Source: Anaerolineales bacterium
GTDB taxonomy: Bacteria; Chloroflexota; Anaerolineae; Anaerolineales; E44-bin32
NCBI GenBank assembly: GCA_040899905.1
Contig: JBBDZX010000003.1
Coordinates: forward strand, 16,129 to 80,128
DNA length: 64,000 nucleotides
Reading direction: 5' to 3'
Numbering within the stretch: the first letter of the stretch is position 1; the number at the start of each line of letters is the position of its first letter. A program made the position numbers and the translations under genes. The notes beneath the pieces were generated by a model. It did no database searches, was not told where the DNA came from, and was given only the letters and a program-made list of their open reading frames with translations. This document shows, piece after piece, positions 9,040 through 16,456 of this stretch.

Positions 9040-9165
9040 GCGCTCATTGCATCCTGAGCGGAGCGAGCCCGAGCGTGTCGAAGGGGGTGCGGAGTCGAAG
9101 GACCCCTGTAAGGCGCTTGTAAGCGCCCAGGGGTGATCGAACCCCTAGAATGACATTCAGAGGGT
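9040..9165. repeat. Hairpin-rich intergenic repeat element ending in the GAATGACATT motif
   Basis: Three consecutive hairpins: GGGGT..ACCCC, CCCCTG-[GGCGC TTGTAA GCGCC]-CAGGGG, and GGGGT GATCGA ACCCC. These are followed by CTAGAATGACATTCAG, which is related to motifs at 10113, 10180 and 10444. Confidence 0.5.
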
Positions 9166-9190
9166 CAGGCGAGGATGCCGAGCCCGACGG

Positions 9191-9619
9191 ATGGTTATGC
9201 CCCCTGTTCACAGCCTCCCGCGTTCCGACACCCACAGATCGATTCTGGTCGTCGATGATGAGCAGGATTTTTGCGCCGTGGTCACGGAGATTCTTCAGCT
9301 CTACGGATTCACGGTCTTCGCCGCCAACAACGCCGCCGAAGCCTTCTCGATACTCGAGAAGGCCCAGCCCGATCTGATCCTGACCGATGTGATGATGCCC
9401 GAGACGGATGGATTGAGCTTGATCCGCAACCTGCGCGCGCATCCGCTGTGGTCAAAGATTCCCGCCATTGTCTTGAGCGCGAAAGCTTCCCCGGAAGACT
9501 TGGAAGCAGCTCGGGACGCCGGCGCCAGCGCCTGCCTGCCCAAGCCTTTCTCGGTCCACCAGCTCCGGTCCGTCATCGAGGCCTACGTGCCGGCAGCGCG
9601 CGTTCCCGCAACGCCCTGA
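9191..9619 (+). CDS. Single-domain response regulator (CheY-like receiver)
   Basis: ILVVDDE, phospho-acceptor context DLILTDVMMPETDG, LSAK and KPF motifs. No output domain. Confidence 0.85.
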   Translation: MVMPPVHSLPRSDTHRSILVVDDEQDFCAVVTEILQLYGFTVFAANNAAEAFSILEKAQPDLILTDVMMPETDGLSLIRNLRAHPLWSKIPAIVLSAKASPEDLEAARDAGASACLPKPFSVHQLRSVIEAYVPAARVPATP

Positions 9620-9651
9620 CGTCCGGTTCCGCTTGCCGCTAGAAAACAAAA

Positions 9652-9686
9652 AGCGCCGCCTCTCCGATGGAGGCGGCGCTGGTTTT
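9652..9686. terminator. Bidirectional intrinsic terminator
   Basis: Perfect 11-bp stem AGCGCCGCCTC / GAGGCGGCGCT (9652-9662 / 9670-9680). Flanked by an A-run (GAAAACAAAA) and GGTTTTCG. Lies between convergent genes. Confidence 0.75.
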
Positions 9687-9699
9687 CGTTCGCAGGTGC

Positions 9700-9867
9700 C
9701 TATAGATCAGGCAGCGGACCCCAGGGGACCAAGAGGCGGATCTTTTCCATGATCCGCTTACGCGCTTTCGGATCTTGCGACGCGACCATCTTGCGCTTCA
9801 GATCACGCAACTTTCGGGCGCGGCGCCGTCTCCGGGCGATTTCACGTGCTCGTTCACGCATGGCCAT
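9700..9867 (-). CDS. Small highly basic protein (55 aa), function unknown
   Basis: MAMRERAREIARRRRRARKLRDLKRKMVASQDPKARKRIMEKIRLLVPWGPLPDL. The ATG at 9867 is preceded by GGGGAGGTGG with a 4-nt spacer. ORF track gives a longer version, 9700..9936. Confidence 0.55.
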   Translation of the reverse strand: MAMRERAREIARRRRRARKLRDLKRKMVASQDPKARKRIMEKIRLLVPWGPLPDL

Positions 9868-10023
9868 CGAACCACCTCCCCACCTGCGACCACTATACCT
9901 GAGATGCGAGACCGGCTCAAGCGGAAGCGCGGACATCCATCTGCTGGGGAGCGGGGGGGGTCAATGGGTGCCGCGAATCACTTGCTTTTGTGGCGACTAA
10001 GAGCCGCGTCGCTTCCGAAGACG

Positions 10024-10128
10024 ATCTCGGACTCTTCGGCCGGTCTTCTTGGGTATCGGATTAGCGATTCCACGGCCCTCCGAGGTCTGCCATTCGGCCG
10101 ACCTCTCCGGGCCTGGAATGACATTAAG
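10024..10128 (+). repeat. Dispersed intergenic repeat, copy A (conserved ~55-nt head, ends CTGGAATGACATTAAG)
   Basis: The head ATCTCGGACTCTTCGGCCGGTCTTCTTGGGTATCGGATTAGCGATTCCACGGCCC closely matches copy B at 10307. The tail motif lies at 10113-10128. Confidence 0.7.
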
Positions 10129-10179
10129 AAGACCCCGCGTCACTCGCAGTCGCCAAGCTTGAATCTCCGTCCCTTCCCA

Positions 10180-10195
10180 CTTAATGTCATTCCAG
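10180..10195 (-). repeat. Inverted copy of the 16-nt tail motif (CTTAATGTCATTCCAG)
   Basis: Perfect reverse complement of 10113-10128, separated from it by 51 nt. The arrangement is MITE-like or hairpin-like. Confidence 0.7.
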
Positions 10196-10306
10196 CCCCG
10201 AGCACTTAAGAAAGGAGAGTTGCTGCGAGGGGCGTGGAATCGCCATGATCCAACCCCGGAAGACACGCGTTAGAGACCAAAAGACCCTAGGTCACATCCG
10301 AGGATT

Positions 10307-10459
10307 ATCTCGGACTCCCGGGCCGGTCTCAATGGGAATCGCATTAGCGACTCCACGGCCCCTTCGACGCCCTTCGCCAAGCCTTCGACTTCGCTCAGAC
10401 CAGGGCTCAGGGCAGGCTTTCGGCCAGCCCAGCGCTCAGGGGCCTGGAGTGACATTAAG
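10307..10459 (+). repeat. Dispersed intergenic repeat, copy B (longer variable middle, ends CTGGAGTGACATTAAG)
   Basis: The head ATCTCGGACTCCCGGGCCGGTCTCAATGGGAATCGCATTAGCGACTCCACGGCCC aligns with copy A. The tail motif lies at 10444-10459. Confidence 0.7.
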
Positions 10460-10488
10460 GAGGCGATGGCCCATCTCCGGGCACCTAC

Positions 10489-10517
10489 TTGACCCGCTCC
10501 CGCCGTCCCGTTAGAAT
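10489..10517 (+). promoter_or_regulatory. Sigma70-type promoter TTGACC-17 nt-TAGAAT
   Basis: TTGACC at 10489-10494 and TAGAAT at 10512-10517 with a 17-nt spacer. Lies about 34 nt upstream of the GTG at 10551. GGAG at 10537-10540. Confidence 0.55.
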
Positions 10518-10550
10518 CTCCCCGACCCGAGCCCGCTGGAGCGCTGTGCC

Positions 10551-10751
10551 GTGCTCAACCTTCGCAAGGGGATCCTCTGGACCGCATCCATCGTCACCGG
10601 ACTGATCGCAGCCGTAGGGATCATCCTCATCTTCCAGACCACCTTGGAGAAGTTTTCCGTCAGTAATACGTTGCTCATCTTCTTCTCCATCGGGAGCCTG
10701 ACCTTCATTTGGCTCGACCTCCTTCTGGGCACGAATTACCTCCGGAAGTAG
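10551..10751 (+). CDS. Small membrane protein (66 aa, two predicted TM helices), unknown function
   Basis: ILWTASIVTGLIAAVGIILIF and LLIFFSIGSLTFIWLDLLL are hydrophobic spans. GTG start. It has its own consensus-like promoter. Third-codon positions are mostly G/C although the overall GC is lower than in neighbouring genes. Confidence 0.55.
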   Translation: MLNLRKGILWTASIVTGLIAAVGIILIFQTTLEKFSVSNTLLIFFSIGSLTFIWLDLLLGTNYLRK

Positions 10752-10760
10752 AGCGGCTCC

Positions 10761-10858
10761 CAGCACGCAGCATCCGGCTTCCGGCCGCCAGCTTCCAGCA
10801 CCCAGCTCCCAACTTCCAGTTCCCGGCTTCCAGTTTCCAGCCTTCAGTTTCCAGCCAT
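10761..10858 (+). repeat. Heptanucleotide tandem array, 14 units (consensus CAGCTTC / CAGTTTC)
   Basis: Units read in register: CAGCACG CAGCATC CGGCTTC CGGCCGC CAGCTTC CAGCACC CAGCTCC CAACTTC CAGTTCC CGGCTTC CAGTTTC CAGCCTT CAGTTTC CAGCCAT. Confidence 0.85.
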
Positions 10859-10903
10859 TCGGTACCACGAGCGGCAGGCCCCTTGAACCGCCGACTCAGG
10901 GGC

Positions 10904-11000
10904 GCTTGAAGCTTGAGGCTTGGGGCTTGGGGCTTGGGGCTTGAGCCTTGGCGCTTGAGGCTAGGGCTTGAGGCTTGAGGCTTGGGGCTTGGGGCCTGAT
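10904..11000 (+). repeat. Second heptanucleotide tandem array, about 14 units (consensus GCTTGRG)
   Basis: GCTTGAA GCTTGAG GCTTGGG x3 GCTTGAG CCTTGGC GCTTGAG GCTAGG GCTTGAG x2 GCTTGGG x2 GCCTGAT. One unit is a 6-mer. Confidence 0.85.
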
Positions 11001-11068
11001 GAACCTGATAGGTTTTGCCAGCGGCGGCCCGTAGGATGAGGGTCACCGGCACGCCCAGGCTCAAGCCC

Positions 11069-12352
11069 ATGTCCTCCCGCATTCCCAATTTCTATGACCT
11101 GCCCCTCGACGAGCGCCGCTCGCGGGCTCTGGCCATGGCCGGCATGCCATCCTCGGCCGGGGCTGTCTTCGAGGGGAGCGAGGGCCTGCGGCCGGATCAA
11201 GCCGACCACATGATCGAGAACGTGATCGGTGTCTACGCCCTCCCGCTCGGTGTCGCGGTGAACTTCCAGGTCAATGGCGTGGACTACTTGATCCCCATGG
11301 CCATCGAAGAGCCGTCCGTCGTCGCCGGGGCCTCGTACATGGCCCGCCTGGCCAGAGAGGCGGGCGGTTTCCGTGCGTCGGCGGCTACGCCGGTCATGAT
11401 CGGTCAGGTCCAGTTGCTCGACCTGCCGGACCCGGCAGGGGCTCAACAGGCCGTGCTCGATCATCAAGATGAAATCTCACGGCTTGTGGACGAGGTCGAC
11501 CCGGTGATTCAGCGCCTTGGCGGCGGAGCTCGAGGTGTCGAGGCCCGCCTTCTCTCGGAGACCCCCGTCGGCCCGATGTTGATCGTGCACGTGTATTACG
11601 ACACTCGCGACGCGATGGGGGCGAATGCGGTCAACACGGCCGTCGAACGCCTGGCGCCACTCCTCGAGAGGATCACCGGCGGCCGGGCTCACCTTCGAAT
11701 CCTAAGCAACTTGGCCGATCGAAGGCTGGCGAGAGCCTCGTGCCGGATCCCGGTCCACGCCCTCGCCTTTGACCACTTTCCAGGCGAGCAAGTCCGGGAC
11801 GGGATCATCGCCGCGTGGGCCTTTGCCGCGGCGGATCCCTACCGGGCTGCCACCCACAACAAGGGCATCATGAACGGCGTGGATGCGGTCGTCGTGGCGA
11901 CCGGCAACGACTGGAGGGCCGTCGAAGCCGGCGCTCACGCGTACGCCGCGCGTTCGGGCCGCTACACTTCGCTTAGCACGTGGAGCGTCGACGCAGACGG
12001 GGACCTCATCGGGGAACTGGAAATGCCCCTGGCCGTGGGGATCGTGGGCGGGGCCACTCGGGTGCATCCGGGCGCTCGCGCCTGCCTCGACATGCTCGGC
12101 GTGAAGTCGGCTTCCGAGTTGGCGGAGGTCATTGTCTCGGTGGGCTTGGCGCAGAACCTGGCCGCGCTGCGCGCCCTTTCAACCGAGGGCATCCAGCGCG
12201 GACACATGGGCCTGCACGCCCGCCAGGTGGCCATCGCCGCTGGCGCGGACGGAGCCCGGATCGAAGCCGTCGCCCGCCGCCTGGTCGAAGAGGGGACCGT
12301 CCGAGTGGATCGGGCCCAGGAGATCCTTTCCGCGATGGATCGAGGAAGTTGA
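11069..12352 (+). CDS. mvaA: Hydroxymethylglutaryl-CoA reductase, class II type
   Basis: [50 protein letters not shown] and [10 protein letters not shown] resemble the Pseudomonas mevalonii-type enzyme. ORF track starts at TTG 11015. ATG 11069 gives a typical length of 427 aa. Confidence 0.85.
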   Translation: MSSRIPNFYDLPLDERRSRALAMAGMPSSAGAVFEGSEGLRPDQADHMIENVIGVYALPLGVAVNFQVNGVDYLIPMAIEEPSVVAGASYMARLAREAGGFRASAATPVMIGQVQLLDLPDPAGAQQAVLDHQDEISRLVDEVDPVIQRLGGGARGVEARLLSETPVGPMLIVHVYYDTRDAMGANAVNTAVERLAPLLERITGGRAHLRILSNLADRRLARASCRIPVHALAFDHFPGEQVRDGIIAAWAFAAADPYRAATHNKGIMNGVDAVVVATGNDWRAVEAGAHAYAARSGRYTSLSTWSVDADGDLIGELEMPLAVGIVGGATRVHPGARACLDMLGVKSASELAEVIVSVGLAQNLAALRALSTEGIQRGHMGLHARQVAIAAGADGARIEAVARRLVEEGTVRVDRAQEILSAMDRGS

Positions 12353-13425
12353 TGGAAGAGCCGCACTCTCACCCGACTCTTCTCAGGCCTGCCCGACCCA
12401 TAGGGATTGTCGGGTACGGGGCCTACGTGCCGCGATATCGGCTGCCCGCCAGCGAGGTGGCCCGGATATGGAGAGGCGGCGAGGACGGGCTACCGATACA
12501 AGAGAAAGCCGTCGCCGGGTTGGATGAAGATGTCATCACGATGTCGATCGAGGCCTCCCGCAACGCGCTGGCGCGTTCGGCCATTCAGGCCCAACAGATC
12601 CGCGCGGTCTGGGTCGGATCTGAATCGCACCCCTACGCCGTCAAACCAACTTCGACCGTCGTGGCCGAGGCCATCGGAGCCACGCCGCACATTTTGGCTG
12701 CGGATTGGGAATTCGCGTGCAAGGCGGGAACGGAAGCCATTCAGGCGGCCATCGGTTTCGTCGGCTCGTCCATGGCGGATTACGCCCTGGCGGTTGGGAT
12801 GGACACCGCTCAGGGCAGGCCCGGGGACGCGTTGGAGTACACCGCCGGCGCAGGCGGGGCGGCGCTGATCCTCGGACCAGCGGAAAAGGCGCTGGCCGTG
12901 TTCGAGGCTTCCTATTCTTATGCGACCGACACCCCTGATTTTTGGCGCCGTTCCCTGGAGCGGTATCCCGAGCATGCGGAACGCTTCACGGGTGAGCCGG
13001 CCTACTTCAAGCACACAGCGGCGGCGGCCGAGGCTCTCATGGGAGCCCTCGGGGTCACGGCAGCGGATTTCCGCTTCGCCGTGTTCCACCAGCCGAACAC
13101 GAAGTTCCCGCAGCGCGCCGCAAAATCCTTAGGCTTCAGACCGGAGCAGATCGAGGCCGGCCTGCTCGTACCGTGGGTCGGAAACACCTATGCCGGCTCG
13201 GCCCTCCTCGGTTTGACGGCCATCCTGGATGTGGCCGAGCCCGGAGATCGCGTCCTGCTCGTCTCCTACGGATCGGGCGCGGGCTCGGATGCTTTCAGCA
13301 TGACGGTAACGGACCAGCTGCCGGACCGCCGCGGATCCGCTCCCAGCACGCACGACTACATCGCGCGGCGGACCCAGGTGGACTACGCCACCTACGCGCG
13401 GTTCCGCGGCAAGTTGGCGACGTGA
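12352..13425 (+). CDS. HMG-CoA synthase, archaeal-type (about 357 aa)
   Basis: [24 protein letters not shown]...[18 protein letters not shown] and the condensing-enzyme fold. The ATG shares 1 nt with the reductase stop (TGATG). Confidence 0.85.
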   Translation: MEEPHSHPTLLRPARPIGIVGYGAYVPRYRLPASEVARIWRGGEDGLPIQEKAVAGLDEDVITMSIEASRNALARSAIQAQQIRAVWVGSESHPYAVKPTSTVVAEAIGATPHILAADWEFACKAGTEAIQAAIGFVGSSMADYALAVGMDTAQGRPGDALEYTAGAGGAALILGPAEKALAVFEASYSYATDTPDFWRRSLERYPEHAERFTGEPAYFKHTAAAAEALMGALGVTAADFRFAVFHQPNTKFPQRAAKSLGFRPEQIEAGLLVPWVGNTYAGSALLGLTAILDVAEPGDRVLLVSYGSGAGSDAFSMTVTDQLPDRRGSAPSTHDYIARRTQVDYATYARFRGKLAT

Positions 13426-14609
13426 TGTCCTCCCCGACGACCGACATCGTGGTGGCCGGAGTCGGATTGACCCCGGTCGGAGAGCATTGGGACCAGTCAT
13501 TGCGGCAGCTAGCGCTGCGAGCGATTGAAGCCGCGCGTTTGGACGCCGGCGGACTTCGACCGGATGCCCTGTACGTTGCCAACATGCTCGCGCCTGCCCT
13601 TTCCGGTCAGGCCCACCTGGGCGCGTTGATCGCCGACTTCGCCGGGCTGAAAGGCATCGAGGCCATGGCGGTGGACGCGGCCGGCGCATCGGGAGGTGCG
13701 GCCTTGCGCCAGGCTTGGCTGGCGATTGCCTCCGGAGAGATCGACTCGGCCCTCGTCGTCGGCGTGGAAAAGATCACCGACAAGATCGGGGCTGCCATTC
13801 AGGCGGCCATGGCCGCCTCAAGCGACGCGGACTACGAGTCCGTCCAAGGCATCACGTCCGCAGCCCAGGCCGCCTTGCGCATGCGGAGGTACTTCCACGA
13901 GACCTCCGCTCCAGCCGATGCTCTAGGCGGCTTTAGCATCGTCGCCCACGCGAACGCGGTCCACAACCCGAATGCGATGTTCCGACGGGCGATCGATCGA
14001 GAAGACTATCGCAAGGCCGCCTCCGTCAGTGATCCCGTGTCCGTCATGGACGCGGCGCCCCTGGCGGACGGAGCGGCGGCGATCCTTCTCACGCGCCGGG
14101 ATCGCGTAGCCATGTCCGAGGGTCGAACCTTGGTGGCAGTCGTCGGCTCGGCCCTGACGACCACGTCGCTGGCGCTGCACGATCAAGCGGACCTTCTCAC
14201 TCTGGATGCGGCCGCCGAATCAGCGCGACGAGCGTACACCCAAGCGGGCGTCGGACCCCAGGATATCGATTTGTTCGAGCTGCACGATCCATTCTCTATT
14301 TTTGCGGCTCTCGGATTGGAAGCCGCCGGATTCGCCGAGCCCAGGCAGGGGTGGACTTTGGGGATGGACGGAGCGGTCAGCTTGACCGGTCGAATCCCCA
14401 TCTGCACTTTCGGCGGATCCAAGGCGCGCGGCGAACCGGGCGGCGCAACCGGTGTGTATCAGGCTTGTGAGGTCGTCTTGCAATTGGAGGGCAAAGCCGG
14501 TGCGAGCCAGGTGGCGGATGCCCGCGTCGGGATGGCCCAATGTCTGGGGGCGATGGGAGCGACTGCCGCCACCCATATCTTCGCCAGAGTACCTGCCCCG
14601 GGTGTCTGA
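13425..14609 (+). CDS. Thiolase-domain protein (archaeal-type acetoacetyl-CoA thiolase)
   Basis: IVVAGVGLTPVGEH...VDAAGASGGAAL...VVGVEK and C-terminal GGSKARGEPGGATG. The start ATG shares 1 nt with the upstream stop (GTGATG). Confidence 0.85.
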   Translation: MSSPTTDIVVAGVGLTPVGEHWDQSLRQLALRAIEAARLDAGGLRPDALYVANMLAPALSGQAHLGALIADFAGLKGIEAMAVDAAGASGGAALRQAWLAIASGEIDSALVVGVEKITDKIGAAIQAAMAASSDADYESVQGITSAAQAALRMRRYFHETSAPADALGGFSIVAHANAVHNPNAMFRRAIDREDYRKAASVSDPVSVMDAAPLADGAAAILLTRRDRVAMSEGRTLVAVVGSALTTTSLALHDQADLLTLDAAAESARRAYTQAGVGPQDIDLFELHDPFSIFAALGLEAAGFAEPRQGWTLGMDGAVSLTGRIPICTFGGSKARGEPGGATGVYQACEVVLQLEGKAGASQVADARVGMAQCLGAMGATAATHIFARVPAPGV

Positions 14610-14669
14610 TAGGTCCTGATAGCGCCCGGGGTCTACATTGAGGTTGACAGACAGAAAAAGGATCACGTC

Positions 14670-15074
14670 ATGGAAACCGCAAGGCACTGGCGTCTAAGTC
14701 CGCAACGATATTCGCTCGTGGGAGAGGTGTGCCCGCGTTGCGATGCTCGAATCTTCCCTCCGCGGGACCTGTGTCCCGAGTGCGGCGTGGAAGCAAGGGA
14801 GCCCTACAAGTTCAGCGGCCGAGGCGAGATCTACTCCTTCACGACGGTCAGCGACGCGCCGGCGGAGTTTTCGGAGTTCACTCCGTATGCGGTGGCCTTG
14901 ATCCGTCTTGAGGAGGGCCCTCTCCTGACCGCTCAAGTCACCGACCTGGACGGAACTCCCCTTCGGATCGGGATGCCCGTCGAAATGGTCACCCGCAAGC
15001 TGCACGCGGAAGGGGAAAAAGGCACCTTGGTGTACGGGTACAAGTTCAGGCCGGTTTTGGAACGGGCTGCCTGA
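14670..15074 (+). CDS. DUF35 Zn-ribbon / OB-fold protein (thiolase-HMGS partner)
   Basis: CPRCDARIFPPRDLCPECG zinc ribbon followed by an OB-fold region, GEIYSFTTV...ALIRLEEGPLLTAQV. Confidence 0.85.
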   Translation: METARHWRLSPQRYSLVGEVCPRCDARIFPPRDLCPECGVEAREPYKFSGRGEIYSFTTVSDAPAEFSEFTPYAVALIRLEEGPLLTAQVTDLDGTPLRIGMPVEMVTRKLHAEGEKGTLVYGYKFRPVLERAA

Positions 15075-15095
15075 GCCTGGCTTTTCTGCCCCCAG

Positions 15096-15128
15096 CGACG
15101 CCTGCCTACCACATGCAGGCGTCGTTTT
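15096..15128 (+). terminator. Intrinsic terminator
   Basis: 10-bp stem CGACGCCTGC / GCAGGCGTCG with a 9-nt loop, followed by TTTT. Confidence 0.7.
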
Positions 15129-15209
15129 GATTCCGGGCCCAGCGCTGGGGCGGGGGCATTTGGCGGCATGGCCCGTGCAACTGCTCGAGGGGCCCTTGCG
15201 CCCCCCCGG

Positions 15210-15238
15210 TTGACGTAATCACACGGCTGTGCTAGCAT
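15210..15238 (+). promoter_or_regulatory. Sigma70-type promoter TTGACG-17 nt-TAGCAT with TGTGC extension
   Basis: TTGACG at 15210-15215 and TGTGCTAGCAT ending at 15238. AGGAGGG Shine-Dalgarno sequence before the ATG at 15295. Confidence 0.55.
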
Positions 15239-15294
15239 GCCGACCTTAAGGGCCGCGGGGGCACGTAGTCGGCCTTAGTCCAGGAGGGACGACG

Positions 15295-15765
15295 ATGTTG
15301 GAACCTAGCCTCAGAAGGATCGCGCTTATTTCACTTGGCACGGCGGCCCTGGCTCTGGCCGGATGCACACGATCGGCTTCCACCCCGGTGACGGGCAGCG
15401 GGACGGGAACGCCGGCCGTGCTGACAGGGCAACAGGCCACCATGGAGGCGGTTCGGGCGGCACTGTTGACGCAAACGGCCCAGGCGCTGGCGCAAGCCAC
15501 CTCGGCCTCTCCGACCACAGTTCCCACGATCGCGTTGGCCACGGCGACGAGCGTGTTCGGAGCCACACCGCTGGCGACCCCGGTGCCGACCGGCGGCGTG
15601 GGGTGTCCGAGCAAGTACACCGTGCAGCCAGGAGACCGGCTGTTCCGGATCGCCATCAACTTGGGCTACGATCCGGATTTCTGGCAGACGATCGCCAGCG
15701 CCAATAACATTACCTCGCCCTGGATCATCTACCCGGGGGATGAGCTGACGATCCCCTGCCCGTAG
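15295..15765 (+). CDS. LysM-domain lipoprotein
   Basis: Signal peptide with lipobox LALAGC. C-terminal LysM YTVQPGDRLFRIAINLGYDPDFWQTIASANNI...IYPGDELTIP. Confidence 0.8.
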   Translation: MLEPSLRRIALISLGTAALALAGCTRSASTPVTGSGTGTPAVLTGQQATMEAVRAALLTQTAQALAQATSASPTTVPTIALATATSVFGATPLATPVPTGGVGCPSKYTVQPGDRLFRIAINLGYDPDFWQTIASANNITSPWIIYPGDELTIPCP

Positions 15766-15792
15766 CAGCGGGGATCAGCACAGGGACAACCA

Positions 15793-15822
15793 GGGCGGCC
15801 CATCCGGGCCGCCCCTTTTTTT
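15793..15822 (+). terminator. Intrinsic terminator
   Basis: Stem GGGCGGCCC / GGGCCGCCC with loop ATCC, followed by C and a run of seven T. Confidence 0.8.
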
Positions 15823-15832
15823 GGGAGGACTC

Positions 15833-16369
15833 GTGGAGCCAACGATCCAGAAGTCAGAGATCCTCTACCGCGGCCACCTGGTCCAGCTCCGTCGGGACGA
15901 GGTGGCGTTTCCCAACGGCGCGACGCATTCGTTCGAGATCGTCGTCCACCCTGGCGCCGTCGCGATCGTACCCATCGACGACCAGGGTAGGGTCTGGTTC
16001 GTGCGCCAATATCGGCATGCGACCGGGGAACGGTTGCTCGAGCTGCCTGCCGGCACCCTTAACCCAGGCGAGGCTCCGGAGGCGTGCGCGGCTCGCGAAT
16101 GCCGCGAGGAGATCGGGATGGCCGCGAGTCGCCTGACGCCTCTGGGAGGGTTCTTTGTGGCGCCCGGCTACTCGACGGAATACATTCACCTCTTCCTGGC
16201 GCAAGGCCTCTCGCCGGCACCGCTGAAGGGGGACGAGGACGAAGAGATCGAGCTGGAGGTCGTGCCTTTTGCAGATGTCAAGGATTGGATCGCACGCGGC
16301 GACCTTCGAGACGCCAAGACTTTGGCGGCGCTGCTCCTTGCCTCGGTGGACCTCGGACCGCTGTTCTAA
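15833..16369 (+). CDS. NUDIX hydrolase (ADP-ribose pyrophosphatase-like)
   Basis: Nudix box GTLNPGEAPEACAARECREEIG. GTG at 15833 with GGGAGG 4 nt upstream. The track's TTG at 15821 lies inside the upstream terminator T-run. Confidence 0.85.
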   Translation: MEPTIQKSEILYRGHLVQLRRDEVAFPNGATHSFEIVVHPGAVAIVPIDDQGRVWFVRQYRHATGERLLELPAGTLNPGEAPEACAARECREEIGMAASRLTPLGGFFVAPGYSTEYIHLFLAQGLSPAPLKGDEDEEIELEVVPFADVKDWIARGDLRDAKTLAALLLASVDLGPLF

Positions 16370-16377
16370 AGGGCAGA

Positions 16378-16405
16378 GATCAGTGGTAAGAGGTCAGTGA
16401 CCAGA
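16378..16405 (+). repeat. Weak heptad repeat (ATCAGTG GTAAGAG GTCAGTG ACCAGAG)
   Basis: Starts 9 nt after the stop at 16367-16369. The TCAGTG core is related to the 28422 array. Confidence 0.3.
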
Positions 16406-16456
16406 GGGCCGACCATGGGAAGGGGAACACGCGGCCGGGACCCGGCATCGGAGTCT

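Noticed and set aside
10761-11000. Possible CRISPR array, or a repeat-protein coding region (WKLEAGNWKLGAG or KPQASSLKPQ translations).
   Set aside because: The unit length is 7 nt with no spacers, so it is not a CRISPR array. A period of 7 is not a multiple of 3, so every reading frame changes each unit and no stable peptide repeat is encoded. No cas genes are in the window.
11015-11068. The longer N-terminal extensions offered by the ORF track for many genes (for example 11015, 11980, 13173, 7448, 18418, 30169, 32247, 38198, 42113, 43242, 43505, 46697 and 58374).
   Set aside because: Each extension overlaps the preceding gene or lacks homology-like sequence. An internal start with a Shine-Dalgarno sequence, or with a stop/start overlap, gives a protein of canonical length beginning at the conserved N-terminal motif.
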